Origin: a virus
Length of the DNA: 64,000 nt
Strand: one strand, 5' to 3'
IMG/VR virus record: IMGVR_UViG_3300046314_000658
Below, one piece after another: positions 26,725 through 36,781 of the stretch. Positions within the stretch are counted from its first letter, which is position 1; each line of letters begins with the position of its first letter. The position numbers and the translations under genes are program-made. The notes beneath the pieces were generated by a model, which worked only from the letters and a program-made list of their open reading frames with translations, was not told the origin of the DNA and did no database searches.

Positions 26725-29640
26725 TTAAATAATGACTCCCAAGCGCGTACCTGTTGCACCCCACACAACAGGGTGTCCATTCGTCAAGACAGCTGCACCA
26801 CCTGCACCACCTGCACCTGGATATTGCGCAGCACCAAACCTACCTCCCTCACTACCAGCTGCACCAAGATTACCACCACCACCACCTGCCGTTCCGTACC
26901 CATCACCACCAATACCACCTGACCATGATCCAGCACCACCAGCGCCTCCAGTAGTTGTTCCACCCCACGAACCATCACTACCATATATTGTCGTTGACAG
27001 TGTACCATACTTATCAACGACAATTGATAGATGCGCCCCCAAACCGCCAGCGCCGGCGGCATAACCAGCACCACCACCACCACCACCACCACCGTCTTGT
27101 CTATCCCCTGTCGAGCCTTTACCACCACCACCACCACCACCACCAATTGTACCGTAGTTAAAAATAGTAAATGGTACATTAGAACCAACATTAATTGCGG
27201 TACCACCTGCATAGCCGTTAGTACCTTCTGTACCGTACCCCCCTCCAGCACCACCTGCACCTAACACGTATCCATAATTCAATACCCGAAGTTCCACATA
27301 ATCACCCATTGTCCACCCTGCACCCACATCGAATGCTGGATATGCCGTAGAGATGGAGCCGATCACGCTGTTCGCATTAACAGTAACAATAACATCTGAT
27401 TGTCCAGGTAAATACCCAGCGCCACTTACATTAACTCCAGTGCCGTGTTGAGATGTATACACATTATTAATTACAGTAAAGTTATGTATACCTGCAGATG
27501 TGACTGTAATATACACCGTCCGACGATCGACTGTTGTGTCAACTGAATTCGAATTACCTCCAGCAAAATTTACTGCTGTTAGCGTTGTTGTGTACGTACC
27601 TGAAGTTGTATAAGTGTGTGTTGGATTCTGTTGAGTTGAAGTAGTACCATCACCAAAGTTCCACAGCCACGAAGTTGGTGAATTACTAGACGTATCAGTA
27701 TAGGTAACAGTGACCGGCACCGTACTACCACTTGTTGTGTGACTAAAACTCGTAACAACCGCAGGGGGAGTTATCGTCACAGCTTGAGATGATGTTTGTG
27801 TTCCAATGGTATTATATGTAGTTAGAGTAATTGTACGAGTACCGTACGTGGTGTACACGTGAGCTGTATTTTGCGATGTGGCCCCCGTACCATCACCAAA
27901 ATCCCACTGCCACGATGTTGGACTATTAGCCGAGGTGTCAGTAGCAACTATTGTTATTGGTAAGGTTCCAACACCTGATGAAAGAGTGAAAGAGGATGCT
28001 GGTGCTAGTCCAACACTCACTAGATCGACCATCGTTTTTACTGATGTATTACCCACATCCAATGCAGTGTTGGATAGTACATTCGTGGCAGTTAGACTAA
28101 CCGTATATCGTCCCCAATTTGCATACGAATGTGTTGGATTCTGTTGAGTTGAAGTAGTACCATCACCAAAGTTCCACAGCCACGAAGTTGGTGAGTTACT
28201 AGACGTATCGGTAAACGTGACTGAAAATGGGGATGTATCAGCTGTATTGCGCGTTGGGGTGGTGTAAGAGAAATTGGCAATCGTTGGTTCACCAACCTGA
28301 ACCGCGTGTGTAACAGTAGCTGTATTACTTCCAGCAGCATTCGTAACAAGTAGAGATACAGTGAAATCCCCCATTGTCGTGTACGTATGAGCAGGATTGC
28401 GATCAGATGATGTTGTGCCGTCACCAAAGTTCCACAGCCACGATGTTGGTGAACCAGTTGACTGATCTGTGAAAGCAAGTGTAAAAGGCGTAGTCGCACT
28501 CACATCAGGGTTGGAGTCGGGACCAACTAGAAATTGTGCTACTGGCAACCCTGCAGCACTAATTCCACCTTGTGCAGATGTAGTACCAACAGAATTTACA
28601 AGTGTTAGTGTAACAACCCTGGAACCTGCTGTTGTGTACGTGTGAGATACATTGCCGGGAGTGGTTGATGTAGTACCATCGCCGAAGTCCCAAGTGTATC
28701 GTGTTGGTCCAAATGCGTCACGCGAACTGACAGTCGTTTGAGTGGATGTATCAGTGAAATTAACAACCATTGGTAGTGTACCTGTAGTAGCAGATACAAT
28801 AAATCCCGCTAGCGGCAGTTGAGTGGGTGGATATAGTGCAGCATTTATTGCATCAATGGATGCTTGGATTTGTAAAAATGTTGATTTGATGGTTGCAACT
28901 CCATACATGCCAGCATTACAAATCGTAAAATTGTCAGCAGCTAATACATCAACTATTGAAGATGGTGCAAATACTCCATTAGCTTGTGCCAGTACTCGTA
29001 CATTGGTAATAAGCGCTAACCAATGTGTTGGAGTTGGTTTAGTAGCTCCTGTTAAAATAGGCAGCGTACCAGGGATCGTTGTTAATGCATTAGTGGCTGC
29101 TGTAAGAGTATTATATTCTCGTTGAGATGCATATGGAATACAACTGATGTCGCTCCAGCTCGCGTCATACGAACGGAACGTATACGTAGACGTATCGAAC
29201 CACAACTCACCTGGCACTGCTTGTGAAGCAGTTGCAGCAATGTTAACAGATGCACCCAACTTGTAGAAAGTATTATTGCGACCGTACCAACGTGGTACAG
29301 CTGGTTCAAACGAGGTATCTACCCAAATTTGACCTGGTATCGCATTTTTGGTGTATTTTGGAAAAATGTAAGTTGATTCACTTGGTTGAGAAAAGTTTTC
29401 TAGCAAATAAAATAGATTATTCCAAAGTGGAGCACCATATCCCCTACTACGATGACCATACAACACAACATCCAACGGAACTCGCTTCACTGGATTCGAG
29501 TGATTGAGGTTAGTAGTGTTTACACCAGGTCGATTAGTTTGGTCAGTGACCTCAATCTCGATAAAACGACCATTGTCTGTACCATCGAGATTAAGGACGT
29601 AATCACTGTATTTTATTTTGTAGGTATCGCCAATCATCAA
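26725..29640 (-). CDS. Tail appendage protein: LENF-type N-domain, five PKD (Ig-like) repeats, Gly-rich tip
   Basis: YG..LW.N...LENF, PGQIWVD; five W[ND]FGDG repeats; GGGGG-rich C-terminus. Confidence 0.8.
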   Translation of the reverse strand: MMIGDTYKIKYSDYVLNLDGTDNGRFIEIEVTDQTNRPGVNTTNLNHSNPVKRVPLDVVLYGHRSRGYGAPLWNNLFYLLENFSQPSESTYIFPKYTKNAIPGQIWVDTSFEPAVPRWYGRNNTFYKLGASVNIAATASQAVPGELWFDTSTYTFRSYDASWSDISCIPYASQREYNTLTAATNALTTIPGTLPILTGATKPTPTHWLALITNVRVLAQANGVFAPSSIVDVLAADNFTICNAGMYGVATIKSTFLQIQASIDAINAALYPPTQLPLAGFIVSATTGTLPMVVNFTDTSTQTTVSSRDAFGPTRYTWDFGDGTTSTTPGNVSHTYTTAGSRVVTLTLVNSVGTTSAQGGISAAGLPVAQFLVGPDSNPDVSATTPFTLAFTDQSTGSPTSWLWNFGDGTTSSDRNPAHTYTTMGDFTVSLLVTNAAGSNTATVTHAVQVGEPTIANFSYTTPTRNTADTSPFSVTFTDTSSNSPTSWLWNFGDGTTSTQQNPTHSYANWGRYTVSLTATNVLSNTALDVGNTSVKTMVDLVSVGLAPASSFTLSSGVGTLPITIVATDTSANSPTSWQWDFGDGTGATSQNTAHVYTTYGTRTITLTTYNTIGTQTSSQAVTITPPAVVTSFSHTTSGSTVPVTVTYTDTSSNSPTSWLWNFGDGTTSTQQNPTHTYTTSGTYTTTLTAVNFAGGNSNSVDTTVDRRTVYITVTSAGIHNFTVINNVYTSQHGTGVNVSGAGYLPGQSDVIVTVNANSVIGSISTAYPAFDVGAGWTMGDYVELRVLNYGYVLGAGGAGGGYGTEGTNGYAGGTAINVGSNVPFTIFNYGTIGGGGGGGGKGSTGDRQDGGGGGGGGAGYAAGAGGLGAHLSIVVDKYGTLSTTIYGSDGSWGGTTTGGAGGAGSWSGGIGGDGYGTAGGGGGNLGAAGSEGGRFGAAQYPGAGGAGGAAVLTNGHPVVWGATGTRLGVII
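27617..28209. repeat. 80-bp direct repeat (27617-27696 and 28130-28209, 79/80 identical) in PKD modules
   Basis: Direct base comparison shows a single mismatch at 27682/28195. Confidence 0.9.
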
Positions 29641-29718
29641 CTGTATCCTTGCAATAGTAACTATTTAGGCGTCAATTGAATTGGTTATCCTATTACTTCC
29701 CGATTACCGACTAGATCG

Positions 29719-30873
29719 CTACGCTACAGTGATTATCTGTGTAGTAGATGCAGTGCCAACTGTATTTGTAACTGTTAGAGTTATTGTATACGTACCCACA
29801 ACAGTAAATGTATGATTTGGGTTGATGTCTGTCGATGCTGTGCCGTCGCCAAAATTCCACAAGTGAGTTGCACCAGACGCATGTACGCTATTATTAGTAA
29901 AATTAACCAACATTGGTGCAACACCCTGTGTGAGAGATGGTGCAAAAGCTGCAACCGGAACAGGTGTTTGATTGGTGGCGAGGCGTGTAAAAATGGCATT
30001 ACACACTACAATTAAAGCATCATAATACTGTTGGAGCAATTGGAACCCAAATCGATCAGTTGAGTAATATCTAAATGTAGTAGGTACCAGTGTAGACGTG
30101 TCTACGGGTGGAGTTAGTGCATCGCCGAATTGCTTTACGTATGTGAATAGTGCCAGCCACTCGACGTCTGTAGGTTGATGGTTTATTGGCAATACGCTTG
30201 GACGACCAACCATATTCCATGCAGCAAACTGCGTGGCTAAGGAATTATATTCTGCAACTGCAGCATATCGATGATATAATACATTAACCCACTTTGCTCC
30301 AATTGCGAGACCCACTTGAGAATGTAGTGTTGGGTGACCTGCACTATCAACAGGACCAGTCGGGTCAATTGTTGTATATGGAGAGACTACAGCAGCAGAG
30401 GTTGTAGCCAACGTAGTATCCCAAAAGAACAACCCACGATTATCAGGATTGTACCATAACGTCGGACCATTAACGACGGGTGGGGTTGAACTGACAAAAA
30501 TACGAGAATTTACATTATTCCAAACAGAATTAATTGGATCAGTACACACTTGCAATGCACCAAGTGTGCTACTCTTATTAAACCACAACTGTCCGAGTAC
30601 TGGGTGCTGTGGTTTAGTAGAGCTTGCAAAATTTTCAAGAAGTTGCAACATATTAGTCCACAACACTTGACCATATTCGGGATTACGGTACCCAGTGAAT
30701 ACCAACGATAATGGGGTAGGAGCAATCTGGTTATTAGCACTATCGTATAGTACTGGTTGGTCTACGTTTGTTCCGAGAGGAGCAATAGTAAAGAAATTGT
30801 CAACACTCCCTGCGTATCCTGTACGACCTTGGTTGCTGTAGTTGATCTGGTACGCAATATTTGAGGTTGCCAT
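29719..30873 (-). CDS. Tail appendage paralog with one PKD domain
   Basis: Start MATSNIAY at 30873; YGQVLWTNMLQLLENFA; WNFGDG. Confidence 0.8.
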   Translation of the reverse strand: MATSNIAYQINYSNQGRTGYAGSVDNFFTIAPLGTNVDQPVLYDSANNQIAPTPLSLVFTGYRNPEYGQVLWTNMLQLLENFASSTKPQHPVLGQLWFNKSSTLGALQVCTDPINSVWNNVNSRIFVSSTPPVVNGPTLWYNPDNRGLFFWDTTLATTSAAVVSPYTTIDPTGPVDSAGHPTLHSQVGLAIGAKWVNVLYHRYAAVAEYNSLATQFAAWNMVGRPSVLPINHQPTDVEWLALFTYVKQFGDALTPPVDTSTLVPTTFRYYSTDRFGFQLLQQYYDALIVVCNAIFTRLATNQTPVPVAAFAPSLTQGVAPMLVNFTNNSVHASGATHLWNFGDGTASTDINPNHTFTVVGTYTITLTVTNTVGTASTTQIITVA

Positions 30874-30905
30874 CTGGTATAACGAAGTATGAGTGTGGTA
30901 AGTAT

Positions 30906-33476
30906 TTAGGCAATTGTTCCGTAACAAGTGCCCCATGTACCAAGCGGAAGCGCAAACCCGCCAGATCCAACAACAGCTGTACCACCCCCACCGCCGTTTG
31001 AAGCGACGTAGTCACCAGGCCAAGCAGAACCCTGCGCGCCTCCTGCACCCCAAGATCCGCCTGCACCAGAGTTGCCATGTCCTGATGGTACAATAGCTCC
31101 ACCAGGGCCACTAAATGTGCCTGGATAACTCCAGCCGTATCCACCTGCAGAATTGGTCCGACCCGATTGGCCACCACCTCCACCTGGACTAGATACTTGA
31201 TATGGAGAATAAGATCCACCACCTCCTCCGCCACCACCAGCAATTACTCCGTAGTTACGTACTTTATATAATACATATGGAGTTCCATCATGTCCCAGAG
31301 CCGGACCACCAACACCTCCACTTGATGTAGGAATATCAACCACCCAATTTACAGCTTTGCCACCACCGCCACCATCATGTTGCCAGTTACCATTGCCACC
31401 AGCACCACCCATACCCACAATATAGCCGTAGTTGATGATAGTAAAATCACTGCCGACTGGCAACGATCCTCCTGTGCGCAATGCATACTGTGCCGTTGAA
31501 TTGGCACTAATTACCACACCAGTATTGATTGTTAGTGAACCGAAGACAGGTGAAATACCGTTCCAGCCCGCTGCAATTAACTTAGATCGGACGTCAATGT
31601 TCTGTTCATCACTTGAGAGTACGATGCTAGTAGTGAATTGTGTACTAACGATGTTTGATGAAATCTTGGTTGAAGATCCTGCTGCATTGGTAGCAATTAA
31701 CGTGACTGTGAATACACCATTCGTAGTATATGTGTGCGACGGAGATTGTAACGATGAAGTGGTGCCATCGCCAAAATCCCATAGCCACGAAGTTGGTGAA
31801 TTAGCTGAGGTATCTGCAAATGCCAATGTAAGTGGTGTGGCTCCACTTGTAGCGCCACTATATGTAAAGTTAGCGATTGGTGCGACAACTGTTTGTACAC
31901 ACGCAGGTACAGTAACAGTATTAGATGCAACCGTGTTCGTTACTGTAAGACTAACTGTGAACAACCCCACTGTTGTATAGATGTGAGAAGGTGATTGCAC
32001 AGTTGAGGTAGCGCCATCGCCAAAATCCCACAGCCACGAAGTTGGTGAATTCGAAGACGTGTCTGTGAAGTTTACCGTAAGAGGAGGTTGCGCAACTGCT
32101 GCCGTTGGGGTGCGGGTGAAGCTTGCAATTGGTGATGTAGTTGTGATCACCTGTGTAGTTGCTGTGTTAATAGATGCGCCAGCTTGATTAGAAGCTACCA
32201 GTGAAATATCATACACTCCATTAGTTGTCGCACTGTATTGAAAGTTTTGTGTTGTTGCAGTAGTTACAACGGCACCAGTATCATGATTTGTCACTGTCCA
32301 ACCCCAATTGGTCGGATTATTCGTTGAGGTATCAATAAATGTTGTTGACAGTGGTGGAATGCCAACTACTGGACCGATTGTATTAAAGCTAGAAACAGGC
32401 TTTGCATATGATGTGAGTACATCCGTAGCTGTGCCTACACTGGTTGAATTAGATGCAGTTAGAGTGATTGTGTATGTCCCAGGATTTGGATACGATAATA
32501 CGTGTGGACCTTCTAGATTACTAGAAACCCCATTGCCGAAATTCCACAACCACGAAGTTGCACCAAAAGTTGTTGAAGTGCACGTGATAGTTTGACCAGG
32601 TACGGCTGTAGCAGACGACAGTACAAAATCGACTGCGTTTGGTAGTGCTAAATTGGAAGAGGTTGCCCAACTCTTAGCGTGGGTGGACGTTGCATACACA
32701 AAATCAAATATCTCAAAGTATGTAGACATTCCGTGTAAACTTGAGGTTCCAGTAGGGCACCACTTGAAATCCTCACCAGAAGCAACTATCGCTGCAATCG
32801 TGTTATATGCTTCAATCCAGTATGCAGCATTGATAGCAGGTGTTCCTGATTGGGCATTAGTGTCACGAATGTGAGCTATAATCGTTTGTACCCCAATAAA
32901 CAACAACTGCCACTGTGAAGTCGTTGGTGGGGTATTCGGTGAACCAGCAGTCGTAATTATCTTGTTAGTGGGAACAGCCAACCCCAGTGCTGCTCCAACA
33001 ATCACCAACTCATCTACCAGTGCATTATATTCCAACTGCGATGCGAATACTGTACAATTAATGCCAACCCAACTATTTAAAGCTCGATCCCAATACTTTA
33101 GTGAGTTTGTACTATCATCGAACCACAAATCGGGTGGATATAGTGGATCAATTGTTGCAGGAATAGTAGGTGGAGTTGATCCAATTGTTAGACCAGCACC
33201 GATAACTTCCCACACACCTTGCTTATTATATACTTTTGGAACACCAGGTGATGTGGTCATATCCATCCAAATTTGCCCAGTGATTGGACTTCTTGGTGGG
33301 GACGGAGCAGCAAAATTCTCCAACATACGCAATACATTGGTCCACAGTGCCTCACCGTATACTGGGAACCGATAGCCAACAAATGTTAGTGATGTTGACG
33401 TATCTTGTGTAGCTGGTAGAATCTCGATGGGCGCTAGCGCAGGATCACTGCGCTTAACTATATACTTACCTGGCAT
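30906..33476 (-). CDS. Tail appendage paralog with about four PKD domains and a Gly-rich tip
   Basis: YGEALWTNVLRMLENFA; WNFGNG and WDFGDG repeats; Gly-rich C-terminus. Confidence 0.8.
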   Translation of the reverse strand: MPGKYIVKRSDPALAPIEILPATQDTSTSLTFVGYRFPVYGEALWTNVLRMLENFAAPSPPRSPITGQIWMDMTTSPGVPKVYNKQGVWEVIGAGLTIGSTPPTIPATIDPLYPPDLWFDDSTNSLKYWDRALNSWVGINCTVFASQLEYNALVDELVIVGAALGLAVPTNKIITTAGSPNTPPTTSQWQLLFIGVQTIIAHIRDTNAQSGTPAINAAYWIEAYNTIAAIVASGEDFKWCPTGTSSLHGMSTYFEIFDFVYATSTHAKSWATSSNLALPNAVDFVLSSATAVPGQTITCTSTTFGATSWLWNFGNGVSSNLEGPHVLSYPNPGTYTITLTASNSTSVGTATDVLTSYAKPVSSFNTIGPVVGIPPLSTTFIDTSTNNPTNWGWTVTNHDTGAVVTTATTQNFQYSATTNGVYDISLVASNQAGASINTATTQVITTTSPIASFTRTPTAAVAQPPLTVNFTDTSSNSPTSWLWDFGDGATSTVQSPSHIYTTVGLFTVSLTVTNTVASNTVTVPACVQTVVAPIANFTYSGATSGATPLTLAFADTSANSPTSWLWDFGDGTTSSLQSPSHTYTTNGVFTVTLIATNAAGSSTKISSNIVSTQFTTSIVLSSDEQNIDVRSKLIAAGWNGISPVFGSLTINTGVVISANSTAQYALRTGGSLPVGSDFTIINYGYIVGMGGAGGNGNWQHDGGGGGKAVNWVVDIPTSSGGVGGPALGHDGTPYVLYKVRNYGVIAGGGGGGGGSYSPYQVSSPGGGGGQSGRTNSAGGYGWSYPGTFSGPGGAIVPSGHGNSGAGGSWGAGGAQGSAWPGDYVASNGGGGGTAVVGSGGFALPLGTWGTCYGTIA

Positions 33477-33535
33477 GTTGAATAATCCGTGGCGACATTA
33501 GCGTGTATTTAGCTCCATTCGCCACGCGATCTATA

Positions 33536-34108
33536 TTATGTAGCCCAAACATCATCCCAAGAGCCCGACAATGCACCTTTGGCATAGTCAGTAACTTTAC
33601 TCTCGAAGAAGTTTCCGTGTGTGGGAGCGCCAACCATTTCTTCTACCCAGGGTAATGGATTTTTCTTGACTTTGAAAATACCCTTCATACCAGCAGAAAT
33701 CAATCGTCGGTCAGCGATGTAGCGAATGTACTGCTTGACTTCTGCTGCTGTAAGATTGCGCATTGTGCCACCACAAACACCAAACGCTAAATCAATGAAT
33801 GCGTCTTCCAATTTAACCATTGTTTCACAGATCGAGTAGATCTCACTCTTCAACTCATCATCCCACACATCCTTATGCTCTGAGAGAAATGTCTTGAACA
33901 GTTTGGTCATTGAAGAGCAGTGACAATTACCTGTTACAGACACTTTGTCGTTGTGCTTAATAACAAACGCACCAGTCGGCACTGTCAAACAATACACATC
34001 CGTTGCCGGAGATTCTATGTTAGTTATTGTAACGTTGTTGACCGATTCCACCGCAGGAGTGCGGCCGGCAAACATTTGTAAAATATTTAAAATATCTTCA
34101 TTATTCAT
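33536..34108 (-). CDS. nrdB: Split-intein IntC (61 aa) plus RNR class Ia beta subunit C-fragment
   Basis: VYCLTVPTGAFVIKHNDKVSVTGN|CHCSS; YIRYIADRRL, NPLPW, NFFE..VTDY; SD AAGGA. Confidence 0.9.
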   Translation of the reverse strand: MNNEDILNILQMFAGRTPAVESVNNVTITNIESPATDVYCLTVPTGAFVIKHNDKVSVTGNCHCSSMTKLFKTFLSEHKDVWDDELKSEIYSICETMVKLEDAFIDLAFGVCGGTMRNLTAAEVKQYIRYIADRRLISAGMKGIFKVKKNPLPWVEEMVGAPTHGNFFESKVTDYAKGALSGSWDDVWAT

Positions 34109-34991
34109 TTTTTGGGTTTCCTTTTTTCCAATTAATTATCCGTCCGGGTTTCCACCCTTCAGGGATTTGCTCATCTTTTGTTATACATTTTGATACGCTA
34201 CCGTCTGTGATCCACCGTTTACTATGCTTTTGAGTCATACCCAACCTAAATCCATCGGGAGGAGTCTCTCCGGGTTGTAGTTTAAGATTGACAATTCCGT
34301 CTGTATAGCACACGACTCCGCGTATATTTTTATTGTTAGCGATTTTCTGTTTTGATTCCTCGGAGTGAGCAACGAATCGAGGTATATCTGAACCTACACC
34401 TCGTTCCCATCCTGGCGGAATTGGTCGAATAGCGTTGTGTGTCACAGTTATCCGACCATCGGTAATACGAATATATTTTCCACGCCTGGTTCTACCTGCT
34501 TGTTTGATATTTTCTAACACATTTCCTACGTGGACCCGTCCGACATTGTTCGGAATATGTCCCTTTGCGGCTCTGATTTTTGCTGCAGTCGATATATTTT
34601 GTTTGTGCTCATCGGTGAAATTTAAAGAACCGTTTAATCGCTTGGTTGCCACTGATTTCAGGGCAATTGCACTTCTTTCCCCTCTGGAGTACTTTGCAGT
34701 GGTAAACCCGCCAGTTCCCCCCAGTGCAATATTGAACGTATTTTCATCGAGGATAAAGTTAATATCGACCAGTTCTTGTTCCTTTGCATATGCTTCTTCT
34801 GCAGTAAGAAATATAAACAACGTCTCTCGTTTAAACATATGCTCGCTGTATTTCTCGATTGCTCGGTTCAATAACAATCCCGACCCCAAATACCCATCGA
34901 ATTCAAAAGGGGGGAGGCGTTGGCTATGTACTCCGATGTAAACTTTACCTGTCGGAATACATGTAGTTTGATATACAATATGATAATTCAT
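34101..34991 (-). mobile_element. GIY-YIG (Seg-like) homing endonuclease between the nrdB halves
   Basis: IVYQTT..GKVYIGVH..YLGSG, FNIALGG; NUMOD3-like HSEESKQKI; xTDG repeats. Confidence 0.85.
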
Positions 34992-35041
34992 ATAGTTAGT
35001 TGGATTGTTACAAACCTATTTATACTAATCCAAGTAACTAT
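34992..35041 (-). promoter_or_regulatory. Hairpin occluding the endonuclease start region, with late promoter TATAAATA in its loop
   Basis: Arms 34992-35006 and 35027-35041 are 14/15 complementary; TATAAATA at 35017-35024. Confidence 0.75.
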
Positions 35042-36132
35042 CGTAATGAAAGTCGTGTCGCTTCATATAGCTGTAGAAATTCCTCAGCCCAATTGCTATC
35101 GATTGCATCAAAAAGCGGGACTATCCAAGATAGATCCGCTTCTCCTCGAGCAGACAATTCGCATAATTCTTTTTGCTTTTCTGTTAGGTGCTTTAGTGGG
35201 CCTTGTTTTTTACCAGATAGTATCAGACCGAAATCAATATCATTGGAATGAACATCTTTTGCTAATTTTTCAACAGGTTCTCCGTGCTGTTGACCAATCA
35301 TCCGATGATTAGGAGATGTTACCTGAGAAATTGCTGGACCGTCAAATTGAATTAAATTATCTACTTGTTTGTGTACCAACCCAGTTGGGGAAGCAAATTG
35401 AGTACGTTGCGTTATCGGATCATATGTTAGCACAGAATCAATCAGCTGCACTGCTTCGATTGGTTTCCAACCAGCTGCAGTTAAAACTTCTGTCCCTGGT
35501 ACCAGGCATTCCTCATCGATAATGCTCCAAGAAATAATTTGACCAAGTGACTTCATCAAGCCGTTGCGAGGTAAGTTTAACAACATCACAAATGAGCTGA
35601 ACAACTGCAAACCTTCAGTGAATAAGCTGAATACTGCAATCTTTTTAGCGATAGCGCGCGGTGTTGGTACAGTATCTGATTTAAAATCGTCAAAGTCGAA
35701 GATGTAGTTGTGTTTATCAACCATCTCTTTGTACTGCATAAATTCATTATACGTCGTCTCAGGTAGACCAATTGTCTCAATCAAATGAGAGTAAGCAGCG
35801 ACGTGCAGTGATTCGCGGGCTGCAAACGATGTAAGCATCATTCGCACTTCAGGTGTCTTGAAAACTGGAAGGTAATGATCAACATACCCTTCACTAACAT
35901 CCAAGTCACCTTGCGTGAAAAACCGAAGAATGTGAGTCAGGAAGTTTTTTTCTTCCTTTGTCAACTTTTTCTTCCAATCTTTGACATCCTCTTGCATAGG
36001 TAATTCAAGGTGGAGCCAATGAGACTGCTCACTCAGCAACCAGGATTCGTAACACCATGGATAATCGAATGGCCGAAATGTTTTACGAGTTGAGTGTAGT
36101 AATGATTTCTTTTTTGTTGTTTGCGCGTTCAT
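35038..36132 (-). CDS. nrdB: RNR class Ia beta subunit N-fragment plus split-intein IntN (156 aa)
   Basis: FFTQGDLDV, ESLHVAAYS, EGLQLFSSF, SIIDEE|CLVPGTEVLT; block B TSPNHRM. Cys1 at 35508; start MNAQTT at 36132. Confidence 0.9.
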   Translation of the reverse strand: MNAQTTKKKSLLHSTRKTFRPFDYPWCYESWLLSEQSHWLHLELPMQEDVKDWKKKLTKEEKNFLTHILRFFTQGDLDVSEGYVDHYLPVFKTPEVRMMLTSFAARESLHVAAYSHLIETIGLPETTYNEFMQYKEMVDKHNYIFDFDDFKSDTVPTPRAIAKKIAVFSLFTEGLQLFSSFVMLLNLPRNGLMKSLGQIISWSIIDEECLVPGTEVLTAAGWKPIEAVQLIDSVLTYDPITQRTQFASPTGLVHKQVDNLIQFDGPAISQVTSPNHRMIGQQHGEPVEKLAKDVHSNDIDFGLILSGKKQGPLKHLTEKQKELCELSARGEADLSWIVPLFDAIDSNWAEEFLQLYEATRLSLR

Positions 36133-36136
36133 TGAG

Positions 36137-36781
36137 TTAGTCCTTTTTATATTTTGTCGTGCCAAGGTAAAAATCAATACCTGGCTGCTCGAGCGAGCGT
36201 TTGTTTATAGTGCCGTTGGTCCACCACTTTTTACCACGGACATTTGTATTTCCCATAGAGCCAAGTGCTTGCTGTTGGCGATATTCATCAGTTATGTTAC
36301 GCAGCGTCCCATACGTATTACCTTGCATTTTTCTCGATCGAAGTTGCCTAACGTGAGGTAAATCATTTGCTGGAGATGTTTGGAAGTTGTGTCGCCCTTC
36401 GTCATACAACCGTCGGGCAGCCTTTGACAGTGCAGGCTTGCGTTTTTCACAAATCTGTTGAACATCAACTGCTGTCAACAGAATTCCCTTCGCTACATTG
36501 CGATTGAGCAACATTTCTGTAAATTGAACAAAACCATACTTTCGAAGGAGACGCTTCAACAACCTCGCTTCATACTCCCGAGCGTCAACTCGACATTTGA
36601 TTCGTATTATTTTGAAACTATCAACACCATCCTGCTCAATGAGTTGCTTCACTCGTTTAGATGATGTGAAATAACTCACCCAAAAATTTGCAGGCGAGCT
36701 ACTAGCACCATACTGCGACCCAATGTAGTACGCTCCGGATGGAATATGTTTGATCTTGTAAAAATACGGTTCCAATGTCAA
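36137..36781 (-). mobile_element. GIY-YIG-like homing endonuclease between nrdA and nrdB
   Basis: YFYKIKHIPSGAYYIGSQY, YFTSS, LLNRN, KWWTNG; ATGA overlap with the nrdA stop. Confidence 0.75.

Noticed and set aside
27600-32560. CRISPR array or DGR template/variable repeats
   Set aside because: The repeats are in-frame PKD coding units with irregular long spacing; there is no reverse transcriptase or cas gene in the window.
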